Virus record (IMG/VR): IMGVR_UViG_3300027782_003601
Span: 1-64,000 of that record
Strand: one strand, 5' to 3'
Origin: a virus
Length of the DNA: 64,000 nt
Position numbers and translations under genes: made by a program. The notes beneath the pieces are model-generated. The model searched no databases. It saw only the letters and a program-made list of their open reading frames with translations, and had not been told where the DNA came from. Positions 17,865 to 26,981 of this stretch are shown here, piece by piece (the stretch's first letter is position 1; every line of letters starts with the position of its first letter).

Positions 17865-17937
17865 GCAACTATGATGTAATTGGATAGCATAAGACTCTTC
17901 TAAAGTTTTCGTATAGGTTCGAACCCTATTAGTTGTA
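17865..17937 (+). tRNA. tRNA-Arg(TCT)
   Basis: CTTCTAA loop. Confidence 0.88.
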
Positions 17938-18015
17938 CAAAAAAACATAGTTTTTAACAAGTTCATTTTAACAAGAATGAAATCATTCTTAATTCTATCA
18001 CTAAACAAAAAAAAT

Positions 18016-18711
18016 ATGAGATTATTAATATGTTTAATTTTAATAGTAAATACGGCATTAGCTAAACCAATCGTTACAAACTCTAAAATAGAAAAAGAAG
18101 TAGTATTAAAGTATATGGATAGTGTGGGGATAAAATATCCAGAAATAGTGTGGGCACAAGCTATTTTGGAAACCGGACATTTTCGTTCAAAAATATTCCG
18201 ATACAACAATAATATGTTTGGAATGCGTTTGGCTAGATTTAGAAAACGTACTGCAATAGGTAAACGATTTGGTTATGCTATATATTCAAGTTGGCAAGAA
18301 AGCATAATTGATTATAAATACTTTCAGAATAGATTTATAGGTAAAATTCGTAATAAAAAAGATTACTTTAAATATTTGAATAAGTATTATAGTAGTAGTA
18401 GAAGCTATTCAAAATTAGTTAAAAAAATAATGTTAACTACCACATCAGTAAAATATAAATTAAAAGGTACGGAATCTAAACCTGAAATAGATAAAGAAGT
18501 TGAATCACCAAAACCAAGAACAGGTATTGAAGTGGATAAAAATGGTGATGGTACAATGGATGGTATTGATTTTGATGGTGATGGTAAAATTGATATGTAC
18601 TTTGCGTACAGACAATTCAAACGTGTGTGGGGAGATTTTGATGGTAATGGTGAAGAAGAATGTTTAAAATTTGATAAAATTAGAGATGTGTATGCTAAAC
18701 ATTCTGGATAA
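18016..18711 (+). CDS. GH73 glucosaminidase-domain protein with DxDGDG tail
   Basis: AQAILETG...NNMFGM...YSSWQESIIDY; signal peptide from ATG 18016. Confidence 0.8.
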   Translation: MRLLICLILIVNTALAKPIVTNSKIEKEVVLKYMDSVGIKYPEIVWAQAILETGHFRSKIFRYNNNMFGMRLARFRKRTAIGKRFGYAIYSSWQESIIDYKYFQNRFIGKIRNKKDYFKYLNKYYSSSRSYSKLVKKIMLTTTSVKYKLKGTESKPEIDKEVESPKPRTGIEVDKNGDGTMDGIDFDGDGKIDMYFAYRQFKRVWGDFDGNGEEECLKFDKIRDVYAKHSG

Positions 18712-18766
18712 AATAGTTTATGAATTGGAAAGATATTACAAAATTACAAAGGTGTAGTTTTAGTTT

Positions 18767-18851
18767 GGAGGAATGGCTGAGTGGCTTAAAGCAGCAGTTT
18801 ACTAAACTGTCGTATCGTAAGGTACCTGGGGTTCGAATCCCTATTCCTCTA
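18767..18851 (+). tRNA. tRNA-Ser(ACT), rare A34 anticodon
   Basis: GGAGG acceptor; long variable arm; GCAGT-TTACTAA-ACTGT. Confidence 0.8.
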
Positions 18852-18852
18852 C

Positions 18853-18961
18853 AATGTAACGATTCGTAAGAATGACGGAACGGACGCTAAGTATGAAATG
18901 GAAACTTTTTGAAACTCGTATAAAGGAGTGAATCAGACACAAACCGTACAGACGTTACATT
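18853..18961 (+). ncRNA. Stem-closed spacer RNA
   Basis: AATGTAACG/CGTTACATT closure. Confidence 0.5.
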
Positions 18962-18966
18962 ATTTT

Positions 18967-19039
18967 GGGGATTTAGCTGAGTTGGTTTTAGCACTTGCCT
19001 TGCACGCAAGAGACATAGGTTCGAATCCTATATTCTCCA
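18967..19039 (+). tRNA. tRNA-Ala(TGC)
   Basis: G3:U70; CTTGCAC loop. Confidence 0.92.
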
Positions 19040-19078
19040 CAACACCATCTCTAATTGACATATAGGAGGAAACAACTT

Positions 19079-19333
19079 ATGGATATATTATCATTCGGTT
19101 TAGGAATTGCAGTGGTTGTGATTATTGGATTATCAGTAATTGCGGTTATTGCTTTTGTTAAGGCAAGGAAAATAGAAAAACAAATAGAGCATATAGAATC
19201 TGATATTTACAGAACAATTGGAACTGAAATAACAGAAACGCATCGTAGAATCGATGACTTTGAAAAAGATGTTTATTCTCAATTAGATTCGAGAATAGAC
19301 AAATTAGAAAATAAACTAACAACTAAAAAATAA
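19079..19333 (+). CDS. Small membrane-anchored coiled-coil protein
   Basis: N-terminal TM helix; ATG 19079. Confidence 0.75.
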   Translation: MDILSFGLGIAVVVIIGLSVIAVIAFVKARKIEKQIEHIESDIYRTIGTEITETHRRIDDFEKDVYSQLDSRIDKLENKLTTKK

Positions 19334-19358
19334 AGTTGATTAGGGGTGGTGTTAATAT

Positions 19359-19436
19359 GGACTTGTAGCTCAGTTGGTCAGTAGCAGTGCTCTCATAAAG
19401 CAAAGGTCGATGGTTCGAATCCATACTGGTCCACCA
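19359..19436 (+). tRNA. tRNA(CAT), Ile2 or elongator Met
   Basis: CTCATAA loop, CCA. Confidence 0.85.
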
Positions 19437-19573
19437 TAAAAAATCGGTTATGTATGAAGTTTTTTATAATAAATTTATAAAATAAATCAAAAAAGACTTG
19501 ACTTTGATTGCAAAATTTTGTATCTTTATTATATGTTCCGATGAGAACCAGTAAAACTTAAAATTCAAAAAAA

Positions 19574-20155
19574 ATGATAACATCTTTAATAATAGAAAAA
19601 ATAGAAGAAAAAATTAAATTACATCATAAATTATATAGATTTCCGGTAAAAGCTGAAATATGGGAAGATATATTTGACCAATGTATAAATGGAATGAATT
19701 CAAATTGGAGTGTAGGTGGGCATAGTGTTGGAGCAGATGTTATTTCGGAAAAATATGGAGTTAGATACCAAATGAAATCAGGTGAAATTAATTTAAAAAA
19801 TAATACTATAAAATGGAGTGGTCATCGTACAACAAAGCATGAAACAATTGAAGAAAAAATAAATTTTATTTCTAAAAATCATTACGATAAATATGTAATG
19901 TTAGCAAGAAATTCCAATGAATGGAAAAGAGGTATTAAAAAATATTATTTAATTACTTTTGATTCATCTTTAATAGAATATTCAAAATTAGAATGGAATG
20001 AAACTTTTTCAAAAAAAGGAAAGTTATCGGGATGGGTTGGTAAAAATAAAAATCTACCATATTCGGCAAAAATTTCATTAAGTATGTCGGGTCAATTGTG
20101 GCCGGAATCTGATATTAATTATTTGGGAACTCCAATTGAAATTACTATACAATAA
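19574..20155 (+). CDS. Putative PD-(D/E)XK endonuclease
   Basis: GADV...RYQMK resembles D-xn-QxK; coupled to a methyltransferase. Confidence 0.45.
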   Translation: MITSLIIEKIEEKIKLHHKLYRFPVKAEIWEDIFDQCINGMNSNWSVGGHSVGADVISEKYGVRYQMKSGEINLKNNTIKWSGHRTTKHETIEEKINFISKNHYDKYVMLARNSNEWKRGIKKYYLITFDSSLIEYSKLEWNETFSKKGKLSGWVGKNKNLPYSAKISLSMSGQLWPESDINYLGTPIEITIQ

Positions 20156-21183
20156 TGATAGAAAATTTTTTAAATGTAAAAAGTAGTTTAAGAAATTTAT
20201 CAGATGATGAATTTTATGAAATCTTACCAACTTTAAGTAAAGAATTAGAAAGTATTGATTTTTATCATAACTATTCTGAAAATGAATTAAAAAAAGATTG
20301 GATGAATTTGCAATATTGGAATGCTTCAATATCTGAAATAGCATCAACACAAAGGATTGGGATGAAGTTGTGTGAACAATTTTTTCCTAATTTTTATAAT
20401 ATTGAAAATAAAAAAGGAAATTCTTTTAAATCATTATGGAAAGCTGATAATTTAGAAAAAGTTTTAAAATGGAATAGAAAATCCCATACAACTCCATATC
20501 TTTCAGAATTAAAAAGAGGTATATATTTTAATTTTAGTTTGGCAAAATCAACTATGTTTAGACCTCAATTGGCAAAAATAGTTGTCAGTAATTTACAAGC
20601 AAAAAGAGTTTTAGACCCGTGTGCAGGTTGGGGTGGTAGAATGTTAGGTACGGTTTCTGCTGGTGCAACCTATGTTGCATTTGAACCAAATACGGAAACA
20701 TATAATGGTTTGGTAAAATTATCTAAATTTTTAGGTATAGATGATAAAGTTTTAATCATAAAAGATTCTGCTTTACAAATGGACAAATATGATATTGGCG
20801 AATTTGATTTGATATTAACATCACCACCGTATTTTGATTTAGAAGTTTATTCACATGAGGATACTCAATCTGTAAAGGGATGTGATTCATATCAAATGTG
20901 GGTTGATACGTTTTTGAAACCATTAATTGAATTATCTTTAATTAGATTAAAACCAAACGGATGGAGTTGTTGGAATGTTCATAATATTGGAAAAATGAAA
21001 ATGATTGAAGATGTTAAGAGTATACACATTGGATATAATGCTAATAAAATATATTCCATAACATCATCAAAAAGACAAACCAATCAAACTAATATACAAA
21101 AAAAGAATTCAGATATTACAATTTGTTATTCTAAAACTGAGCTAGAAAAAAAAGAAACTAAATTTAATAAATTTTTTGAATAA
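20155..21183 (+). CDS. Amino (N4-C/N6-A) DNA methyltransferase
   Basis: VLDPCAGWGG SAM-binding motif, TSPPY catalytic motif. Confidence 0.85.
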   Translation: MIENFLNVKSSLRNLSDDEFYEILPTLSKELESIDFYHNYSENELKKDWMNLQYWNASISEIASTQRIGMKLCEQFFPNFYNIENKKGNSFKSLWKADNLEKVLKWNRKSHTTPYLSELKRGIYFNFSLAKSTMFRPQLAKIVVSNLQAKRVLDPCAGWGGRMLGTVSAGATYVAFEPNTETYNGLVKLSKFLGIDDKVLIIKDSALQMDKYDIGEFDLILTSPPYFDLEVYSHEDTQSVKGCDSYQMWVDTFLKPLIELSLIRLKPNGWSCWNVHNIGKMKMIEDVKSIHIGYNANKIYSITSSKRQTNQTNIQKKNSDITICYSKTELEKKETKFNKFFE

Positions 21184-21222
21184 AGTTATTAAAGACTTAA
21201 AGAATTACGAAGAAGAGTAAAA

Positions 21223-21308
21223 GGAGAGTTGGCAGAGTTGGTCTATTGCACTTGTCTTGAAAACAAGAGACTGTTACAGGTCCGGGGGTTCGAATCCCTC
21301 ACTCTCCT
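21223..21308 (+). tRNA. tRNA-Ser(TGA)
   Basis: CTTGAAA loop, long variable arm. Confidence 0.9.
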
Positions 21309-21313
21309 CACAT

Positions 21314-21487
21314 TGTGGTATGGTGAAATATGATTGGCACGTGTGCTAATCCGGCAAACACTCCTTCCTGTCTCGGAGGCGGGGATAAAGAAATAGGTTA
21401 GTAATATGGGGTAGACCACCAAGCCGGCCGGCGGATGCTACTAACTGAATCTCCCTTTGCATGGTTCGAATCCTGCTACCACAGCCA
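21314..21487 (+). ncRNA. Giant tRNA-like RNA (174 nt) with D-loop and variable-arm insertions
   Basis: TGTGGTA/TACCACA-G-CCA; GGTTCGAATCC T arm; CCTTC-CTGTCTC-GGAGG arm. Confidence 0.7.
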
Positions 21488-21548
21488 TTTGGAAATATGA
21501 AATATTTTTCGTATATTTGTTAAAAGAAACAATAATAAGAATTAAATT

Positions 21549-21809
21549 ATGGCAGAATTTAGTAAACAATATTGTGAGATTCACGACCCAGAAATGCCTT
21601 GGGATTTTGATATTGAAGAAATTGCAACAGAAATACCAAGAGGATATTACAAATCAATCATATGTGAAGGATTTGGTTTCGTTGGTATTGGGGTTGGAAT
21701 GAATGGTGATATACAATTACTATTCGCAGATAAAATTGGTGATGAATTTGACAAAGTAAATTACAATCACTTCATCAAAAAACAAAAAGAATCAACGGAT
21801 GGAATCTAA
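21549..21809 (+). CDS. Hypothetical protein
   Basis: ORF after promoter. Confidence 0.75.
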   Translation: MAEFSKQYCEIHDPEMPWDFDIEEIATEIPRGYYKSIICEGFGFVGIGVGMNGDIQLLFADKIGDEFDKVNYNHFIKKQKESTDGI

Positions 21810-21999
21810 AAAAGAACAACATTTAGAGTTGATGGATAGAATACATATAGCATCAATTAATTTAGATGACCACATTTTAAATCACCCTATTTCATTGGAA
21901 AATTCAGATGTAAAATATCATTTAGAATTAGCATTGGATAATTTATTAATAGCATACTCAAACTTAGGTTATATATCAGATGAAAATAACTCACATTAG
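21799..21999 (+). CDS. Hypothetical protein
   Basis: ORF track, translationally coupled. Confidence 0.65.
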   Translation: MESKKEQHLELMDRIHIASINLDDHILNHPISLENSDVKYHLELALDNLLIAYSNLGYISDENNSH

Positions 22000-22735
22000 T
22001 GATACACACAATCACCACTCAAAACTTCAAGAAGACCTGCCAGGTGGAGACCTTTTAATCCATAGTGGTGATTTTACATCCATTGGTAGAAGGTCTGAAA
22101 TTGAACGATTTATCAAATGGTTCAACAAAATAGATAACTACACAAACAAAGTATTTATCGCAGGTAATCACGACTTAACATTTGAATCGGAAGTATTACA
22201 ACGTAAGAAAGCAGATTGGTTTGATGGACCTAAAGTGTATGAAGAACCTGCTGATGAAGCAAAACCACAATGGTTATGTGAATTGTTGGAAGTTGGATTA
22301 GCAGGTGGTGTATTCTATTTGGAAAACGAAAGCATTACACTAGCTGGCGTAAAGATTTGGGGTTCTCCTTTCTCTCCTACATTTGGTAGAGATTGGGCAT
22401 TCAATGTAAACAGAGGAGCAGATTCAATCCAAATGTGGAATCAAATACCAGAGGATACCGATATTGTAATTACTCACGGACCTATGTATGGAGCATTAGA
22501 TGTAGCATATAATAGTGGATTGCCAGTTGGATGTGAAGACCTTTACAATAGATTACAGGTTGTAAAACCACATCTACACTTTTGTGGACACGTTCACGAA
22601 GGTTATGGGTATAAGCAAGTAGGTGATATGTATTCCTTTAATGGTGCATCCGTATCATTGGAATATCAATATAAAAACAAACCAATTACTTTTGATTATA
22701 ATTTTAATACAAAAGATATAAACTTTTTAATGTAA
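21980..22735 (+). CDS. Metallophosphoesterase (MPPED-like)
   Basis: SDTH, HSGD, AGNHD, THGP, GHVHE. Confidence 0.9.
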   Translation: MKITHISDTHNHHSKLQEDLPGGDLLIHSGDFTSIGRRSEIERFIKWFNKIDNYTNKVFIAGNHDLTFESEVLQRKKADWFDGPKVYEEPADEAKPQWLCELLEVGLAGGVFYLENESITLAGVKIWGSPFSPTFGRDWAFNVNRGADSIQMWNQIPEDTDIVITHGPMYGALDVAYNSGLPVGCEDLYNRLQVVKPHLHFCGHVHEGYGYKQVGDMYSFNGASVSLEYQYKNKPITFDYNFNTKDINFLM

Positions 22736-22736
22736 T

Positions 22737-23303
22737 ATGACAACACGATACAGAATATGGGAATTTATTAGATATGGTATCCTAAGATTTTTTACAAACA
22801 TTTGGAGATTCCGCAGGGAATTATACAACCATCAATGGTGGGATTATCATTATACATTGGAGATGATTCATCGTTCTTTATCTATTATGGTTGTTAAATT
22901 AGAGAAGGATGGGATTGAAGAAAATATCAGTAGAGGTAAGAAAGTTGCTAAAATTAAAAGAGCAATTCAATTATTAGACAATCGTTTGAATGATACTTAT
23001 ATTGAACAAGCAGAAGCAGAATTCGGTAAATTGCATTTGAAGCCATTGGAGTCTGAAGATTTAGGAAATGGGACTAGTAGATTATTGGATACCAACACCA
23101 AAGAAGAAAACGAACATAACAAAAGAGTATTCAAATTAGCATCTACAATAGATGATAGAGAATGGAGAGAGTTGTGGAATATCTTTAAAGGACAATCTAT
23201 TTTAGATTATGAGAAATATTTTAAAACAATACCAAAAGAAGAACAAGCAGATGGGTGGAACAACTGGTACAATGGTTCTGATATGAGGGGGTGGTGGGAT
23301 TAA
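22737..23303 (+). CDS. Hypothetical phage protein
   Basis: Trp-rich, ends RGWWD. Confidence 0.75.
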   Translation: MTTRYRIWEFIRYGILRFFTNIWRFRRELYNHQWWDYHYTLEMIHRSLSIMVVKLEKDGIEENISRGKKVAKIKRAIQLLDNRLNDTYIEQAEAEFGKLHLKPLESEDLGNGTSRLLDTNTKEENEHNKRVFKLASTIDDREWRELWNIFKGQSILDYEKYFKTIPKEEQADGWNNWYNGSDMRGWWD

Positions 23304-23497
23304 TCGGATAACATAAATAAGATAATATGATAGTATTAGGATTAGTAGCATTTCTAGCATTAGGATATATTTGTTGGATATGGGTTAAAGGAATTGATTA
23401 TATGAAAGAAAATCATCCCGATTATAAAGGAGATGATTTATTCGGTAAGTTTGATGAAAATGATAAAAACCAAATAGCATAATTTAAATTAAATACA

Positions 23498-23782
23498 ATG
23501 ATAGAATTTATTAACAAATACCAAAAATTTATTACAGGAGCAGGAGCATTATCAGTATTGATTTTGTGTCACTTTCAAGAAATTGAAATCAGAGAGTTAA
23601 GAGCATCTTTAAAAAGAGTAGCTGAAACTAAAAACGCAATAGCAAAGATTGATTCAATGCAAAAGGATTTGTATCAAGCATCCGTTATTATAGATAAGTA
23701 TGATAGAGCAATTGATGAGTTCAAACAAACTAATCCAACAGAAGCAGCAAAATTAGAACATAATATTCATACAATAGACTAA
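23498..23782 (+). CDS. Membrane-anchored coiled-coil protein
   Basis: ORF track. Confidence 0.65.
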   Translation: MIEFINKYQKFITGAGALSVLILCHFQEIEIRELRASLKRVAETKNAIAKIDSMQKDLYQASVIIDKYDRAIDEFKQTNPTEAAKLEHNIHTID

Positions 23783-24047
23783 TGGAAGTAGAACAATTTA
23801 CAATAATTAAAAATCTTCTTGAAGAAATAAGAGATTTGTTAGCAACCAATCAATCACAACCAACAACAAAAATCACAGTAGTTGGTAATGGACAAGGTCA
23901 GAAAACAACAAAAGGATTGAAATCGGATGAAGATTTTTCTTTATAAAAATATATTTTAGAAAAGGCTTGACATTTTGCGAATAATTGTGTATATTGTAAG
24001 GTAATTGAGAGTGAGAGACGTTTCTCCTCTTTTAACCCCTTTCCGAT

Positions 24048-24266
24048 ATGACTTTTTTAAAAATGTGTGCTTCTTACGATTCTTATTTCAATTATTTATT
24101 TGGTGATGTAAACCAGATTTCAGGTTTCAAACCAATTTCATCTAAAAAAGACATTGTTGATTTGATTATCAAAAATGATTTGATGTATCACAACAATTAC
24201 ATCTCCAAATCAATCTACAAAAGAGCAGAAAAACATTTGATAAAATGTTTAACAATTATTTCGTAA
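24048..24266 (+). CDS. Hypothetical early protein
   Basis: Own promoter and AACCCCTTT leader. Confidence 0.65.
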   Translation: MTFLKMCASYDSYFNYLFGDVNQISGFKPISSKKDIVDLIIKNDLMYHNNYISKSIYKRAEKHLIKCLTIIS

Positions 24267-24337
24267 TATGCTTGACATTACGGATATTTTTTCGTATATT
24301 GTAGAATAATTAATAAAACAACATAAATTTCCGAGCT

Positions 24338-26566
24338 ATGAGTTTTTTCAACAAATTTAAGGGTACTGATTCAAAGAAATCGGCATCTTCCTATTGGTTT
24401 GATGAGCACGATTCATCCTATGATTATTTGGATTTATATTCAGATATGAGTGGTGATGAGTTAGCATCTTATAAGAAAACCAATGACCTTTATAAGTTAT
24501 CGGCAACCCGCAGAGCGATTGCTAACTTCGTTCAGATTGTAACACAGAAAAACATTCCTGTTTCATTTGCTACTAAATCTAACTCCTGTACAGATGGAGA
24601 GAAAGTTATTCTATCAGCAGATGTGGATAATAACTTTGACGTTTCTGTGGGTTTAGCATTACACGAAGGTTCTCACATTGTTCTTTCTGATTTTGGTTTA
24701 CTAACTGAAATGATTACGGCATTTGATACATATCGTTACGCAAAAATGGATATTGAACAACGTGGTGGTGGTGATATTGTTTCTAAAATTGAATACACCA
24801 TTAACAACTGTAAGTTCAAAGATGGTTTACGTGAAATGTACTATCCGACTGGAAAGATTGGTAGTAAAGTTTCAGTAGATATGGAAATCAAAAATCTAAT
24901 CGGTTCTCTAACCAATTGGATTGAAGATAGACGTATTGACCGTTACATTTACAATTCGGCACCTGGTTATAGAGATTACTACACATCTATGTATGATTTC
25001 TACTTCAATGATAAAGCAATTACTAAAGGTATTGCTTCAGATGAATATACGGATGAGAATATTGAATCTTATATGTTCCGTATCATTAACCTACATAATG
25101 AGAAAACAGACCTTTCTAAACTAAAAGGTTTGAGAGAAATCTATCGTTTGATTGACCTTAAAAACATTGACCGTTTGAAATCAACTGAAGATGTGTTTAA
25201 TCTTTCTATTGATGTTACTGCTATTATCTTAGATAACATTGCTTATAGTGCAGGTAGTGGTAAAGGTGGTGATAAAGGTGAAGTTGAAAAAGGTGATGGT
25301 AATCCGACCGGAGAAGCCGATGGTAATGGAGAATCAACCGATGGTGAAGGTGGTGAAGGTGATGGTATCCAAATGGAAGCCGGTGATGATTTTGAAGGAA
25401 CTGATTCAGATGGTGATTCTGATGGAGATACTTCATCTACTTCCGATATCAAAAAAGGTAAAGAAACTTTATCTGCTAGTTCTAAAAGACAATTGGATAA
25501 GAAAATCCAAAAGCAAAAAGACTTCTTAGATGGTAAGATTAAGAAGAAACAAATCTCTAAAGGTGAAGCTGAAAAATTACAAAACATTGTAGATTCAGAT
25601 ACGCAAGTTGTTAGAGTTGGTAATGATTACGAAACAAAATACTCAATTACTAAAGGTGTGGATTGTATTGTAGTTAAGAACTTAACAGAAAATTTGTTAG
25701 AGCAGGAAGATTTTCCTTTCTCTAGAATTGATTGGAAAACTAAGAAACCTTACGAATGGGCAATTGATGATGTAACCAAAGGAATTACATTAGGAAACAT
25801 ATTAGGTAAGAAATTGCAAGTTCGTAATGAGAGTCGTGAAACGGTTTACAGTAGATTAACCAAAGGTAAGATTGATGGTAGAATGGTTGCTTCATTAGGA
25901 TACAATAATGAGAATGTGTTTTATACAAAGGATGTAGACCAATATAAGAAAGCAAACTTACACATCTCTATTGACTATTCTGGTTCTATGAGTGGTGATA
26001 AGTTACGAAAGGCAATCACATCTACGGTAGCAATTGTTAAAGCATGCCAGATGGCAAGAAACATTAATGTGCAAGTATCCATTCGTTCTACAGATAGTAG
26101 TTACAAAGCATTACCTTACATCGCAGTTGTGTATGATTCTACAAAGAATACATTTAGACAATTCTGTAAGTATATGAGTATCTTACAAGCAAACAATACT
26201 ACACCAGAAGGTTTATGTTTTGAAGCAATTCAAAAACAATTAATCCCATCATCCAATGATACGGATTCTTATTTCTTAAACTTTTCTGATGGACAACCTT
26301 GTTATTCTATTGGTACGGCTGATGATTCTATTAACTATCAAGGAGAAGCAGCAGCAGAACACACAAAGAAACAGATAAACAAAATGAGAAATGCTGGAAT
26401 TAATACTTTATCGTATTTCATTTCAGATTATTCAGAGGAAAGAATTCAAAGTACCGGAGATTGGAAAATATTCCAAAAGTGTTACGGAAAGGATGCCAAA
26501 GCAGTAAACGTAGAAAATATGATGCAAGTAGCAAAAACAATGAACGAATTGTTTTTATCAAAGTAA
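24338..26566 (+). CDS. vWA-domain protein with HExxH segment (CobT-like AAA partner)
   Basis: HEGSH, IEDRRID, acidic Gly linker, MIDAS DYSGS...T...SDG. Confidence 0.85.
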   Translation: MSFFNKFKGTDSKKSASSYWFDEHDSSYDYLDLYSDMSGDELASYKKTNDLYKLSATRRAIANFVQIVTQKNIPVSFATKSNSCTDGEKVILSADVDNNFDVSVGLALHEGSHIVLSDFGLLTEMITAFDTYRYAKMDIEQRGGGDIVSKIEYTINNCKFKDGLREMYYPTGKIGSKVSVDMEIKNLIGSLTNWIEDRRIDRYIYNSAPGYRDYYTSMYDFYFNDKAITKGIASDEYTDENIESYMFRIINLHNEKTDLSKLKGLREIYRLIDLKNIDRLKSTEDVFNLSIDVTAIILDNIAYSAGSGKGGDKGEVEKGDGNPTGEADGNGESTDGEGGEGDGIQMEAGDDFEGTDSDGDSDGDTSSTSDIKKGKETLSASSKRQLDKKIQKQKDFLDGKIKKKQISKGEAEKLQNIVDSDTQVVRVGNDYETKYSITKGVDCIVVKNLTENLLEQEDFPFSRIDWKTKKPYEWAIDDVTKGITLGNILGKKLQVRNESRETVYSRLTKGKIDGRMVASLGYNNENVFYTKDVDQYKKANLHISIDYSGSMSGDKLRKAITSTVAIVKACQMARNINVQVSIRSTDSSYKALPYIAVVYDSTKNTFRQFCKYMSILQANNTTPEGLCFEAIQKQLIPSSNDTDSYFLNFSDGQPCYSIGTADDSINYQGEAAAEHTKKQINKMRNAGINTLSYFISDYSEERIQSTGDWKIFQKCYGKDAKAVNVENMMQVAKTMNELFLSK

Positions 26567-26693
26567 AGCTCGGAAAGCGGTAAGATTGGGGACCTAAAAA
26601 ATCCCCTTTTTTATTAAAAGTTTTTTACAAATTGCTTGTTTAATTGCGTAAAATTTTGTATATTGCATAGTATTAATTGATAAACGAAACATT

Positions 26694-26882
26694 ATGAGCT
26701 TAACGAAACAGTATTATTTTGACCAATTGGGATTTGATACCAATTCCATCTACGATGATGTGGAATACAATAACCCACCATTAGATTTGTTTTCTGATGA
26801 AATCCAATGCGAGTTTACAGACCAACAAATTTACGAAGCAGAGTTACTCTCCGATTATCTGCGAGAAGCAGGAAATATTTAA
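26694..26882 (+). CDS. Small acidic protein
   Basis: Own promoter; Asp/Glu-rich. Confidence 0.6.
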   Translation: MSLTKQYYFDQLGFDTNSIYDDVEYNNPPLDLFSDEIQCEFTDQQIYEAELLSDYLREAGNI

Positions 26883-26981
26883 AAAATAATTGAAGTTTTG
26901 CTTGACTTTCTCATCAGAATTTCGTATATTGTAGAATAAATTATTAATAACGATAAACTTTTAATCTTAACCCCTTTTATT

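Noticed and set aside
18767-18851. Suppressor tRNA (CTA/TTA) and stop-codon reassignment
   Set aside because: The 5-bp stem fixes the loop as TTACTAA with central ACT. Known enzymes are full length in code 11, and TAG/TGA act as stops.
21457-21702. ORF 21457-21702 and most minus-strand ORFs in the track
   Set aside because: They overlap better-supported + strand genes or RNAs.
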